Source: Octopus sinensis
Lineage: Eukaryota
Direction of reading: 5' to 3'
Assembly (NCBI RefSeq): GCF_006345805.1
Contig: NC_043001.1
Coordinates: forward strand, 44,578,001-44,642,000
Length of the DNA stretch: 64,000 bases
Positions within the stretch are counted from its first letter, which is position 1; each line of letters begins with the position of its first letter. The position numbers and the translations under genes are program-made. The notes beneath the pieces were generated by a model. It was not told the origin of the DNA. It saw only the letters and a program-made list of their open reading frames with translations, and did not search any database. This document shows, in pieces, positions 24,467 through 37,080 of the stretch.

Positions 24467-25663
24467 TCATCATCATCATTTATGTCTGTTGTCCATGCTG
24501 GCATGGGTTGGATGGTTTGACCAGGTCTGGAAGGCTTCACCAGACTCCAGCTTGTTTTGGCCTGATTTCTATGGCTGGATGCCCTTTCTAATGCCAACCA
24601 CTCCAAGATGAGTGCTTTTACATGCCACCAGCACAGGTGCCATTTGGGTGACACTGGTATCTGCCATGACTGTGGTTTTACTTGACTTGATGGGTCTTCT
24701 TCTCAAGCACAGCATAATGCCAAATAGTCATTGCCTCTGTGAAACCCAATGCTCAAAGTCTGGCATAATGCCAAATGGTCTCAGTCCTTGCCTCTGTGAG
24801 GCCCAATGCTCAAAAGTTGCTTTTATGTGCCATCAGCACAGGTGCCATTTGTGTAACACCAGTATCTGCCATGACTGCAATTTTACTTGGCTTGATGAGT
24901 CTTCTTCTCAAGCACAACCTAATGTGAAAGGTCCCTGTCATTGCCTCTGTGAAACCCAACATTCGAAAGAAGCTCAACCACTTTGCCTCTGTGAGGTTCA
25001 ACACTCGAAAGTTGCTTTTTACATGCCACCTGCATGGGTGTTAGTTACATGACACCAGCATCAGCTGCGACTGCAATTTCACTTGGCTTGGCGGGTCTTC
25101 AGCACAGCATATCATCAAAGGTTTCAGTCACTAGTCATTGTCTCTGTGAGGCCCAAAGTTTGAAGAACATGCTTCACCACCTCATCCCATGTCTTCCTGG
25201 GTCTACCTCTACCACAAGTTCCCTCCACAGTTAGGGATCGGCACTTTACACAGCTGTCCTCATCCATATGCATCACATAGCCATACCAGCACATTTGTCT
25301 CTCTTGCATACCATATCTTATGCCTCTTATGCCTAACTTTTCTCTCAAGATGTTTACACTCTGTTGAGCATGCACTCTGACATTGCACATCCAGCGAAGC
25401 ATACCAGCTTCATTTCTTTCAAGCCTACACATGTCCTCGGCTGTCACAGCTCATGTTTCACTACCATGCAGCATAGCTGTTCACTCACAGGCATCATACA
25501 GTCTGCCATTTACTCTGAGAGAGAGGCCCTTTGTTGCCAGCAGAGGTAAGAGATCTCTAAACCTTGCCCAGCCTAATCTTATTCTGACAGCTATGCTCTC
25601 TGAGAATCCACTTCCACTACTAACTTGATCACCTAGGTAACAGAAGCTGTCTACTATCTCTAT
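24467..25663 (-). mobile_element. 5'-truncated RTE-clade LINE: ORF2 C-terminus plus 3' UTR with (GAT)n tail
   Basis: Minus translation EIVDSFCYLGDQVSSGSG...RIRLGWARFRDLLPLL...RLYDAC..AMLHGSET*AVTAEDMCRLERNEAGMLRWMC...CWYG...EGTCGRGRPRKTWDEVV, typical RTE thumb/C-terminal motifs. In-frame stops are present. Confidence 0.92.
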
Positions 25664-25669
25664 TCATCA

Positions 25670-26060
25670 TTCAACTTGTTGCAGTCTTTTATCATCTCCT
25701 TTGTGAGTGAGGTTCAGCCTCCCAAGATCAGCTTTCACCCCTTCTTCCCATATCTTCTTTGGTCTTCCTCTACCACAGTTACCTTCCATTTAGATCACTT
25801 GATACATCATTACCCAATAGCCATCTTCCATACACATCACATGTCCATACCAACAAAGTCTTCTTTCTTGTACAATTCATCCAGTTCTTCTTGTTTTTAG
25901 TTTTACCCTCAGCTCACTAGTGTCCCAATATTCTTTGCACACACCCAGCGATGTATACTAGTCTCATGTCTTTCCATCCTTCACACATCCCTCACAGTCA
26001 AAGCCCATGTTACACTATCCTGCAACATTATATTTCCTACTCAAGCATTATGCAATTTGT
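25670..26060 (-). pseudogene. Older RTE LINE ORF2 C-terminal fragment
   Basis: Minus translation QERRLCWYGHVMCMEDG...MEGNCGRGRPKKIWEEGVKADLGRLNL, with stops and frameshifts upstream. Confidence 0.8.
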
Positions 26061-26190
26061 TCTTTGCTCAGAGAAAGAAACCCTTAGTTGTCACTAAAGA
26101 TAAAAGTATCCTGATCTTTTTTTCCACTGTATTCTTAATCTGAAAACTATACTTTCAGAATGTGCCTCCACTATTGAAATATTTATTGTT

Positions 26191-26544
26191 GAGTGGCTGT
26201 GTGGTTAGTAGCTTGCTTACCAACCACATGGTTCCGGGTTCATTCCCACTGCGTGGCACCTTGGGCAAGTGTCTTCTACTATAGCCTCGAGCCAACCAAA
26301 GCCTTGAGTGGATTTGGTAGATGGAAACTGAAAGAAGCCCGTTGTATATGTGTGTTTATGTTTGTCCCCCCCCCAACATTGCTTGACAACCGGTGTGTTT
26401 ACGTCCCCGTAACTTAGCAGTTCAGCAGAAGAGACCGATAGAATAAGTACTAGGCTTACAAAGAATAAGTCCTGGGGTCGATTTGCTTGACTAAAGGCGG
26501 TGCTCCAGCATGGTCGCAGTCAAATGACTGAAACAAGTAAAAGA
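26191..26544 (+). mobile_element. SINE family A1
   Basis: Full head, body and aagtaaaaga tail. Confidence 0.9.
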
Positions 26545-28340
26545 GATGTTGTTAATTGGATTGTTCTTGTTCTTGTTATTCAAGTTGGCAGAAGCATTTG
26601 TATTTGTAGTTTGGACAAAATTCTTAGCAACATTTTTTTCTGGCTCTTTATTCTGAGTTCAGATTTCATTATGGTCAGCTTTACCTTTCATCCTATTGGG
26701 GGTCAATAAAATAAGTACCAGTTGAACACTGGTGGGGGGGTCAATGTTATCAACTAAATTGTTCCCACTTAAATTGCTAGCTTTGTGCCAAAGTTTGAAA
26801 CCACCATCATCATCATCATCATGATCATCAATTATAAGGCAGCAAGCTTGTAAAATCAATTGCACACCAGATAAAATTCTTAGTGGCATTTTGTCCACTT
26901 CTTGGTTCTGAGTTCAAATTCTGCCAAGGTCAGTTTTGCCTTTCATCCTTCCAAGATTGATGAAATAAGTAACAGTTGGGTACTGGGGTCGATGTTAATG
27001 ACTAGCCCTACCGCCCCCTAAAAAATTTCAGTCCTTGTGCCTCGAGAAGAAAGGATTATTATTATTATTATTATCATTGCTAATGAATGTAATTTGCGTC
27101 ATTTAAGCTACTGTTTCCCTTAGGAAAGGCATGAATTTCACATCATTTACCAAGTCTCTTTCCTTCTCCTTTCTCCTAAAATTACAGCTCTTTATGTCTT
27201 ATCAAAAGAAATCAAATCAGCCTCCTCTTCATTATCATTATCACTACCACCACCACCAGCGCCGTCCCCAACAAGAACACCATTTCAACCACCATCGTCA
27301 TTTTCTTCATCATCATCATCATCGGTTTTATTAATCCTTTCATCTTTTTCGGTATAAATGAAATGAAAGGAATGGGAAGAAGAAGAAAGGAAAAAGAAAA
27401 TTTTGTTCTCATATTTCATTCAAAAATTCTATTTTTACGAATTAAATGCTTTTTAAAAGGAGGCAGGTAAGTGGGGGATTGGGTGAGAAAAGAGATGACA
27501 AGAACAATAACAACAACAACAATAATAATATGCTGTAAAATAAAACAGTTATACATAAATAAAGGGTAATTGTTTCTTGTACCTTAGAAAATTTCAGAAA
27601 AGGGTTGCATGCATGTATATTGATGTGTGTAAGGGTGGGGGGGGTAGGCACGAACAAGTCATTTCTAGTTTGTTGTTGTTGTTCTAGTTAAGGCTTTTGT
27701 GTCTAGTCAGGAGAAACTGTTGTAGTTTTGCCTTTCATCTCCCGAAATATTTTTATTAATTCTTTCACTTTCGTCTTTCATTAGAACAAGACTAAGAAGA
27801 AGAAAAAAAAAGAATGAGAATAAACTTAAAAACAAACAACGAAGTTATAAAACGCAATACAAAAATAAACAAACGAAATAAACAGCCAAAATTAAGCAAA
27901 AATAGTAAAAAAAAAGGAAACAATATTAAACGAACCAAAACAAAAAAAAAAGAAAACACTGAATAAATCATCTTTCTCTTTCTTTTCTCTCCTTTGATGT
28001 ATCTTTAATATTTTAAGGGGGGTGGGTGGGATTTGTTTGTGTCTTGTTAACAGCCCTCCTTCCTTTGCATATTATCTTCGTCATCACTTCAAACATACCT
28101 TTATACTGTGTCGTCTGTCTGTTGTCTGTCGTGTGATATAGTTAAATCTGCTTCTTCCCAACAACACACCATTCCCCCCACCACCACTACCACAGAAACC
28201 AGTACCCAATCACACCGTGTTATATCGCGTCATATCACATGATATCATATTCTTTTTATTGCTTATTTCACCGCACCACAAACACAACTCACACCCCTAA
28301 AGTTTGTCACGCAAACATTAATTTTTGTCTTTTTGTTTCA

Positions 28341-28728
28341 GTGTGGCTGTGTGGTAAGTAGCTTGCTAACCAACCACATGGTTCCGGGTTCAGTCCCACT
28401 GCGTGGCACCTTGGGCAAGTGTCTTCTGCTATAGCCCCGGGCCGACCAATGCCTTGTGAGTGGATTTGGTAGACGGAAACTGAAAGAAGCCCGTCATATA
28501 TATGTGTGTGCGTGTATGTTTGTGTGTCTGTGTCTGTCCCCCTAGCATTGTTTGACAACCGATGCTGGTGTGTTTACGTCCCCGCCACTTAGCGGTTCGG
28601 CAAAAGAGACCGATAGAATAAGTACTGGGCTTACAAAAGAATAAGTCCCGGGGTCAAGTTGCTCGATTAAAGGCGGTGCTCCAGCATGGCCGCAGTCAAA
28701 TGACTGAAACAAGTAAAAGAGTAAAAGA
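28341..28728 (+). mobile_element. SINE family A1, young (CpG-rich) copy
   Basis: Near-consensus sequence with a tandem tail GTAAAAGA x2. Confidence 0.92.
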
Positions 28729-29215
28729 GAGACACTCTCACACATATTGTATTCATAATTCATGTGAGATTTAGCTGCTGTTTCTAGTAGGGCAAGGGTC
28801 TGTTTTTGTAAAGGAAATGGGTAATGTATGTGTGTTTGGATATGTGATGTGTAACTGGACAAAGTTTGTGTGAATAAAGGACGTTTAATTTTTTAGTGTT
28901 GGTGCTATTTAGCCCTAGGTCTGTCTTGATCAAGCAAACCTATGAGCAAAGTTACATTTGATGCCATCCTCTCTTTCATTCGAGCATGGTATATCTAGGA
29001 TTACATTCTATAACCCTTTTATCGGTTTCAGTCACTGGGCTCTGGCCATGCTAGAGCACTGCTTTCGATAGATTTAGTTGATTTTATAAAGCTCCACTAG
29101 TTATATTTCAGTCCAGTATGTTTCATCAAAATCTCTTTAGTAAATGGCTTGGTTGGTTACTTATTGATGTAATGACTAACAACCTGATGCAAGCACAAAC
29201 ATAAACTCATATCTA

Positions 29216-29448
29216 AGGGCGGCGAGCTGGCAGAAACGTTATCACGCCGGGCGAAATGCGTAGCCGTATTTCGTCTGCCGTTACGTTCTGAGTTCAAATT
29301 CCGCCGAGGTTGACTTTGCCTTTCATCCTTTCTGGGTCGATAAATTAAATACCAGTTACGCACTGGCGTCGATGTAATCGACTTAATCCGTTTGTCTGTC
29401 CTTGTTTGTCCCCTCTGTGTTTAGCCCCTTGTGGGTAGTAAAGAAATA
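29216..29448 (+). mobile_element. SINE family B, young full-length copy with 8-bp TSD
   Basis: ggcggcgagctggcagaaacgtta...gagttcaaattcc...ttcatccttt..ggtcgataaattaa..ccag...gtgggtagtaaagaaata. CATATCTA at 29208-29215 and 29449-29456. Confidence 0.9.
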
Positions 29449-29921
29449 CATATCTATATTACCATCATCATCATCATCATTTTTACATCCAAGTTTTCCA
29501 TGCTAGCATGGGTTAGATGAGTCTTATTGAAAAGGTACTATACAACCAAATATCCCCCCACACACCGTTTTTTTATATGTTTCCACAAGGAGTGAGCTGG
29601 TATAAACACATTTCTACTGCCCAATCCCTTATAAATGCATGAACATGCTAAGTCAAACTCATGCATAAGCATATATGCACACACTTGCATGTGTGTATAA
29701 TTTCTGTTACTATTTAAATTGCTTCTGTCCATAATTTTCTGTCCTGCCTGTATGTTCTTCACTTTTAGTCCCTGTTCGTCCATCACCTCAGTGATATTCA
29801 GTATATCACTGACCTAACCATATCAGTAGAATTTAAAGTCTTTGAACTTTAAAAGGACTGAAATTACACTTGAGTCTGGTCTCTCTATAGCCGATGAGAG
29901 GCTTTCCATGTTTACTCTTTG

Positions 29922-30320
29922 GGATCTTTTCGGTTTGAACGGCAGTTTTTAAAAATAATTTCCACGTAACTAAACACTTTTGAACTTTGTATACTGGTAG
30001 AATGTGTTTATAAAACATCTTTTTCTCTTGGCTTTATTGAGAAAATTCTATAGTTTGTAAGATATTTGTTGCGGTTTTTTCTGCAATTTCAACCAATCAA
30101 TGACGTCTATTGAGGTAAAAACATTCTGTGCCGTATGAATGTGTCCCTCGTTTAAGAAACATTGGGTTTATTTACATTTCTGAAGAAAAAAAGATACCCA
30201 ACCCTAGCCCTAACCCTAAAACAGATTGAAATGCAATAGATCGATACTAGGGTCATAATTATGGGTGACAATTTCATATGACACCGCTAAAAAAAACTGC
30301 CGTTCAAACCGAAAAGATCC
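29922..30320. mobile_element. About 400-bp MITE (GGATCTTTTCGG TIR family), copy 2, with 8-bp TSD
   Basis: Terminal inverted GGATCTTTTCGGTTTGAACGGCAGTTTTT. ACTCTTTG at 29914-29921 and 30321-30328. Confidence 0.93.
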
Positions 30321-30389
30321 ACTCTTTGTCCTATTCTAATAATCATTTTAATTTCCATTTTGATTTTGCATTACATACATTTAAAACTG

Positions 30390-30610
30390 ATGGGTAGAAG
30401 AAAGGGAATTACTTGCTCTATTGTGACCTTTACAAATAAAGGCACCTAAGACCAGGTGATGTTAAACTGAATGACGGATTAAGTCAAAGTGGAGTGGAAT
30501 TGCTTCACTCTGGAATTGAAACTACGATTGGAGTAGGGGTGATATTACACTGGGATGTAAGAAACAAAATAATAATAAAAAAGACATTAATTTCTGAATG
30601 CAAAAGAAAT
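30390..30610 (+). pseudogene. Possible ancient RTE apurinic endonuclease fragment
   Basis: MGRRKGITCS... and GVELLHSGIETTIGVGVILHWDVRNK resemble the RTE EN pattern M.RRK.DILC.QET.W / Y.L.YSG....GVG.IL. Frameshifted. Confidence 0.4.
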
Positions 30611-30920
30611 TGAGGGTTGCTTTATATTTGAGATTGTATTGTTGTCAAGTAGAACCAGTAACCAACCTAGAGCAGCCTTTATGTGGTTGTTTAACCTAGA
30701 AGAAATAGCAGTCATATTTCCCTCAGATTGTGTCCTGCTGTCTTTAAAAGGAAAGAACATATTAGATAATGTATTCATGTATGTACATAGTATCAAATAT
30801 AGACTACCCCAGTTAACCTGGGACTAAACAACCTAAACAAGATATTCACACGTCACACACACACGCACACCTTATATTGCTTATTTTCCTTTCCAGTTTT
30901 TCTATCTTCCCCCTTCTCTC

Positions 30921-31330
30921 CTTTTTATCTCTCTCTCTCTTTCACCCCCCCCCCCTTTTTATCTCTATCTCTCTCTCTTTCCCTCCCTTTTTATCTCTAT
31001 CTCTCTCTTTCACTCCCCTTTTTATCTCTATCTCTCTCTCTTTCACTCCCCTTTTTATCTCTCTCTCTCTCTCTCTCAAAAGTCCTTTCTCCTTTTTTAT
31101 ATACACATTCATACACACTTGCTCTTCCTCCATTTCAACTGTTCTCTCTCTCTCTCTTTCTCTCTCACTCTCTCTCTCTCTCTCTCTCACTCTCTCTCTC
31201 TCTCTTTAGCTATATATCTATCTCTTTCTCTCCCCCTCTCAATAATTTATTCACTTCTCTATTGTTCTCATCTCTACTTTTCCAATCTCTCTCTTCATCT
31301 CTCTCTCTCAAGAAGCTATCTCTATCCACA
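30921..31330. repeat. Polypyrimidine tract with a 31-33-bp minisatellite x5
   Basis: ctttttatctctatctctctctctttcactccc-like unit repeated over 30921-31077, then (CT)n. Confidence 0.9.
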
Positions 31331-32544
31331 CTAACCTTGAAACTGTTCTCTATCCTTTTCTATTCACATATTCCCCTCCCGTCCCGTCTGTATTCTCTCT
31401 CTCTTTCTCCCTCTTTGTCCCTTGTTCAGCATTGCTGATACCACCCACCCTCTTCATTACAGAGATGTCCCAATCTGAAGCCAAACAAAAGCCATCATCA
31501 CTACAAAGACTTCAAAAGGAATCTGACATTGTTGGTTGTTGTTGTTGTTGTTAGAAATAGTTTTGTCGTTTTGTTGTTGTTGTTGTTGGTGGTGGTGGTA
31601 GTGATGGTAATAGTTGCAGTGGTGGTGTCATTGTTGTGTAGTGGTGAAAGTATTAGGTATGTTGTAGAAATGAGTGTTAGAATGGTAGAATATGATAGTT
31701 GCATTGTTGGTAGTGTCGTTGTTGTGGTGGTGGTGGTGGTGGAGGTAGTAGTATTGGCGTTGTTTTTGTTGCTAGTGGTGTCTGTTGTAGTGTTGGTAGT
31801 GGTGGTTGTTGTAGTAGATGCAATGGTGAAAATAATGCAATTAGTGAAATAGGCATAGGCTTGGCTGTGCAATTGAGAAGTTTGCTTTCTAACTACATGG
31901 TTTCTGGTTCAGTCCCACTCTGTAGTACCTTGGGCAAGTGTTCAAAGCCTCATGAATGGATCTGGTAGACAGAAACTGAAAGAATCCCATCATGTATGTG
32001 GTGTGTGTATGTGTGTGTGTACTTATATATGTATGTGTCTTTGTGTTTTTGTTTGTCCTCCACCACTTGACAACTGATGTTAGTTTGTTTATGTTCCTGT
32101 AACTTAGTGGTTCAACAGAAAATGTTGATAAAGTACAAGACTTTAATCAGACGTTGTGTATATCCAGGATTATATTATGCAACATGTCCTTCTATTTTAG
32201 ATGGTAGGCTGTGATATTAGGAAGATTTGGCTGCTATTTCTAGCAGTTGGAGTGTCCATTTAGAGACACCCTAAATATGGTAATTTAACCAGTAGTATGG
32301 TAATAGTGATAGTAGCAAACATTGTTGTTGTTTTTGCAAACATTATCATTGTCGATTTTGCTGTCATTGAGCAGACTGCTAATCAAAAGCATTCCAGCCT
32401 GGACCATCTTGTCTTTTTTTTTTTTTTTTTTTTAAGAAATAGGGCTACTTTGTTCAGTATTTCTTTCCGTTTTCTTAAGACATTTGGATGTAATTTGAGG
32501 GACATCAAGAAGGCCAATGGTCAAAGACATTGCAGTCACATTCA

Positions 32545-32955
32545 CCATCATTGTCATCATCACCATTTTAATGTCCATTTTTCCATGCTTGCATGTGTCA
32601 GACAGAGTTTACTGAGGCAGATTTTGTGTGACTGGATTCTGTTCCTGTCACCAACCCATACCTGTTTCCAAGCAAGGTTAATAATTCCCCACTGCCAGAC
32701 ATATTTTTGCAGACTATTTGGAAATGAATGATACTGCTTGTATAACAGTGACACTCATTTACAACAATCACATTACATCAAGACTAACATGCACACACAC
32801 ACACAATAGGCCTGTGTACAATAGGCGTCTTTCAGTTTAAGCTATCAGGTCCATTCACAAGGCTTTGATCTTCTCGGGGTTAAGGTGTCACATAGAGGGA
32901 TTGAACTCAAAACCATATGTTTGAGGAGTAAACCTCACCACCACACAGCCATGTT
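32545..32955 (-). mobile_element. SINE family A2
   Basis: ttttaatgtccatttttccatgcttgcatg tail, cctgtcaccaaccc body, degenerate tRNA head. Confidence 0.7.
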
Positions 32956-33761
32956 TACAACTGCATGTGCTTGTATGTGTATGTGTGTGAGTATACATAT
33001 ACACTCTCACACACACACAAAATATATATATATATATGCATGTATAGACATAGACATACAGGGATATAATGCAAATGTATACATACAGGTGTATGTAAAT
33101 GAACATTAATATTTATATTATTCTGTTACTGTTTATGTATGTAACACTTTAAAGAAACATCGTAATTATGGAATGGAATCAAAAAACACACCATTTATAT
33201 TATTCATGAGGCAACTGACTGCTAATCTACCAAACAAAATTGAAGGCAATCTGTTATAAACATAGCATTTATATTATTTATGTTATTTGTAAGACAACTC
33301 ATGCATAAGTAAATGTTTTAAATTAAGTGTGAAATATATATATTACTGATATATTTTTTCTTAGAATCAACAGCTCAGTAGGGCATTTTTCATTGTTCAT
33401 TAGGTTTGTAGGTTTAAATACTACCGCTTGTACTTTTGCTATGGAAATAAGGAGGTAGTACAGTATATTAAGGTATTTTAAAAGTGTTACCAATATAGTT
33501 GTACTTGTCACATGGTAATATTAACATGTAAGGTGGCAAACTGGCTGGAATGTTAGCCTGTCCAGTAAAATGCTTAACAGCATTTCATTCATCTTTATGT
33601 TCTGAATTTAAATGTCACTGGGGTCAGCTTTGCCTTTCATCCTTTCAGGGTCAATAAAATAAGTACCAATTGAACACAGGGGCGAAATGTAATAAACTTA
33701 CCCTTCTCTCAAAATTGTTGGCCTTGTGTTAAAATTTGAATCCAGTAATGTAGATGAAACC

Positions 33762-33768
33762 ATCATCC

Positions 33769-33802
<34 letters not shown>

Positions 33803-34205
33803 CATCTTCATCCTCATCATCACCATCATTCTCATCATCCTCATTATCATCATCATCATCATCATCATCCTCAGCCTTATTTTAATGTCCACTTTTCCAC
33901 GATTGCATGGATCAGATAGAGTTTATTTGAGACAGATTTTCCTCAACCAGATGCCTTTCCTGTCACCAACCCTCACTAAGTAAGATAATATTTCTCTACA
34001 GGCCAGGCATGATCTTGCAGAATAATGGAAATGAATGGCACTGCTTGTATGGTAGTGATAATCATTTTACAATTATGATGTGATGTCAACGCACACACAC
34101 ACACACAGTGCACTTCTTTCAGTTTCTGTCAACTAAATCTACTCACAAGGCTTTGGTTGGCCTGGGGCTATAGTAGAAGACATATATCCAAGGTGCCACA
34201 CCTGA
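33762..34205 (-). mobile_element. SINE family A2 with an expanded (CAT)n tail
   Basis: About 110 bp of (CAT/CCT)n adjoining ttttaatgtccacttttccacgattgcatg. Confidence 0.8.
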
Positions 34206-34527
34206 ACCTGTTATCCTCAATTTCTAACCTGCATGATACCTGCATAAAAGCAAAGTTGATTAATAACATTATGCATGATGAAGATCATAGGTTTTAATTC
34301 CACAGACCTAGCTACAATAATCACGTTACATTAAAACAAAGAGACACAAACATACACACACACACAATAGGCAATCATGCTATAATTTTGTGTTTAGACC
34401 ATGTCAAACAAAGTACATTTATATGCAAATATAGAAGCATAACATCTCAAGATGATCGCATGATTTTTCAATCTAAAATGTCGTATTAAAAATGTAAGTA
34501 TTGAAGGTGAGGTAAAATTGTCCAGAG

Positions 34528-34850
34528 AAACTGAAGCTTTATAGCAAACAAATTGAAATTGTTGTAGCAAACTGGAATTTCTTGTAATTTTATATAAAAG
34601 CAAACTAAATTTAAAACTATAGTAGCAAACTTAAACAAAAACTATTGTTGCAGACTAATGCTAAAACTGTTTTTGCAAACTAAAACCAAACTATTGTTGC
34701 AGACTGAAACTAAAATCGTTGTAACAAACTTCAGTTGTAAATAGTATAGTGAACTAAAATACAAATAACAAATAAAATGAAGCTCCCTTTGTTACAAACT
34801 GAAACTAAAGCTAATGTAGCCAACTAGTATTGTTGTAGTAAACTGTTTCT
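34528..34850. repeat. Degenerate 24-25-bp minisatellite
   Basis: Units close to AAAACTATTGTTGCA(A/G)ACTAAAACT; clearest over 34613-34732. Confidence 0.7.
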
Positions 34851-34999
34851 ATGGCAATGTGTTATTTCAGTCTAATGTTATAAAATTCCTGTATTGTATT
34901 TCTACTCTATCATACTACCTCAAAATGTATTTTCCTGAATAAGAAGAGAGATAGCATTGCCCATGAGAACCTTTCAGGCTCCACGTGGATTAGAGGTTA

Positions 35000-35130
35000 G
35001 GTATTAATATGACAGATGTTCAGTAACTGGAAAGAGTCATGGGCAGGAATGGAATCTAGAGACATACAACTGAGGATGTAATTTCAGGAGAAAGGTTGGA
35101 GAATATATTTAATACAGGAGTTATCGAAAT
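35000..35130 (+). pseudogene. Possible ancient RTE endonuclease fragment
   Basis: ERVMGRNGI*...GERLENIFNT resembles the RTE EN pattern ERVMG.HG.G..N.NGER. Confidence 0.4.
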
Positions 35131-36649
35131 CAGTTCAGGTAGAAGTTGCATAAAAAGAATGCTTCCTCACTCCCCAACATCAAATTAAAATATATCACCC
35201 AAGAATAGGAACAGTTCTTCCACCATGCTTCCACTCAGTTTCTCCCTACCAAATTTTACTTGGAAGACTTTGCTCAACTCATGACTAGTGTAGAAGATAC
35301 TTGGTTAATGGTACCACACTTTTGATTTGATCTTGTCTTAACTGCAAATTATAGTATTTACTAAATTTAGCATAAATATATAAATTTTTATGATGAATAG
35401 ATGGATGGATTGACCCTAGTTCTTCATTAGTACTTTGTTGTTGTTTAGTCCCTAGTTATGTTTTTATTTGTTGTTGTTGACTTGCAGCTGTTCAAAAGGA
35501 CCATTGATGCATTGATCTTATGAGTTTCAGGAGAATGTCTTAAAAGGCCACAGGTTCAGCTCCTTCCTCCATATCAAACAAATGCTAAAAATAAAAGCTC
35601 CACCCTGTATCAACCAGACATGTTCTATTTATAATAATCTCCATCTTTTTCTTTTTTATTCAGACAATAAATCTAGAGCTACCATATTGAGTATATCCTT
35701 CTTTTTCTAAGACATGAAGGGTATGACTTGCAGTAGATTTGGCTGCTGTTTTAGCAAGTAAACTGTCTGCGAAGCAGTTATAGTCTTGGATAATCATGTG
35801 TATTGTTGTTTTTAGCTCTAGGCTAGCTCTGATCAAGTAAGTCTATGATCAATATTATTCCAGTTCCGACCATCCAGAATTTTTGCCCTATGTTATTTAT
35901 CGAGAATTACATCATCTAGTATGCTGAGGAGGGGGAAGGGGTTATTTTGTTTCTAACTATGGTTGGGTGCAATATAAGGGAGAATCGGTTGTTTTTCAAG
36001 CAGGTTAGCAGGCTCTCTAGATAGGTAGTTTCTGCTGTTGTTTATCCCCAGATTGAGTAAAGGTAAAATTTGGAATTTAAGGAAACTAGCAAACTTATCA
36101 TCAAAGATGTTCCACCCATGACCATTCTCCAGATATAGTGCATGTAGGACTACATTCTCTTACACTCTTTTACTTGTTTCAGTCAATCAACCTCCAGGAC
36201 TTATTCTTTGTAAGCCTAGTACTTATTCTATCAGTCTCTTTTTGCCGAACCGCTAAGTTACAGGGACGTAAACACACTATTTAATATTGTTGATGATGAG
36301 GATGATGGTGATGATCACTTTAAAACAGGAATTTTGTATCATAGAATGCATCATAGGACCAGGGACAGTCTTAGATAGGTTTGTAGCAAAAGGGCTTGCT
36401 TAATTTTCAGGTATGATGTATTTAAGTTCCTAACATGTAAATTTACCCCCACTCCCGCTCCCTGCAAAGAAATGAATTTGCCCCTGGTTGAGAATCAACA
36501 CTGTAGAAGTTTCCTAGCTAGTCCATATCATCAACTCTGGAGGTTGGAAGTAAAGCTAACACCATGGTGAGATTTGAAAACAAATCAGTATAAAAATGTA
36601 ACTAAATACTGCAAAAGTATTTTGCCCACCACAGCTATGTTTTTTTAAT

Positions 36650-37080
36650 CTTTTACTTGTTTCAGTCATTAGAATGCAGTCATGCTGGGTCACTAGACTG
36701 AATTTTTAGTCAAATGAATCAACAACCCCAGTACTTACTTTTTAAGCTTGGTACTTATTCTATCAGTCTCTTTTACTGAACCACTAAGTTATGGGGATGT
36801 AAACACCTTTTACTGAATTACTAACTTATGGGAATGTAAACACACCAACACCAGTTGTCAAGTGATGATGGGGGAACAAACACAGACACAAAGACACACA
36901 CACATAGATATATATACATATATATATATACAATGGGCTTTTAGTTTCCATCTACCAAATCAACTCACAAGGCTTTGGTTAGCCGAAGGCTATAGTAGAA
37001 GACACTTGCCCAAGGTGCCACACAGTGGGACTGAACCTGGAACCATGTAATTGGGAAGCAAGCTTCTTACCAAACAGCTA
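36650..37080 (-). mobile_element. SINE family A1 with an internal 37-bp tandem duplication
   Basis: cttttactgaaccactaagttatggggatgtaaacac is repeated at 36770-36806 and 36807-36843. Confidence 0.85.

Noticed and set aside
30196-30220. CCCTAA hexamers as an interstitial telomere
   Set aside because: Only 2-3 imperfect units, and they are an internal part of the MITE present in both copies.
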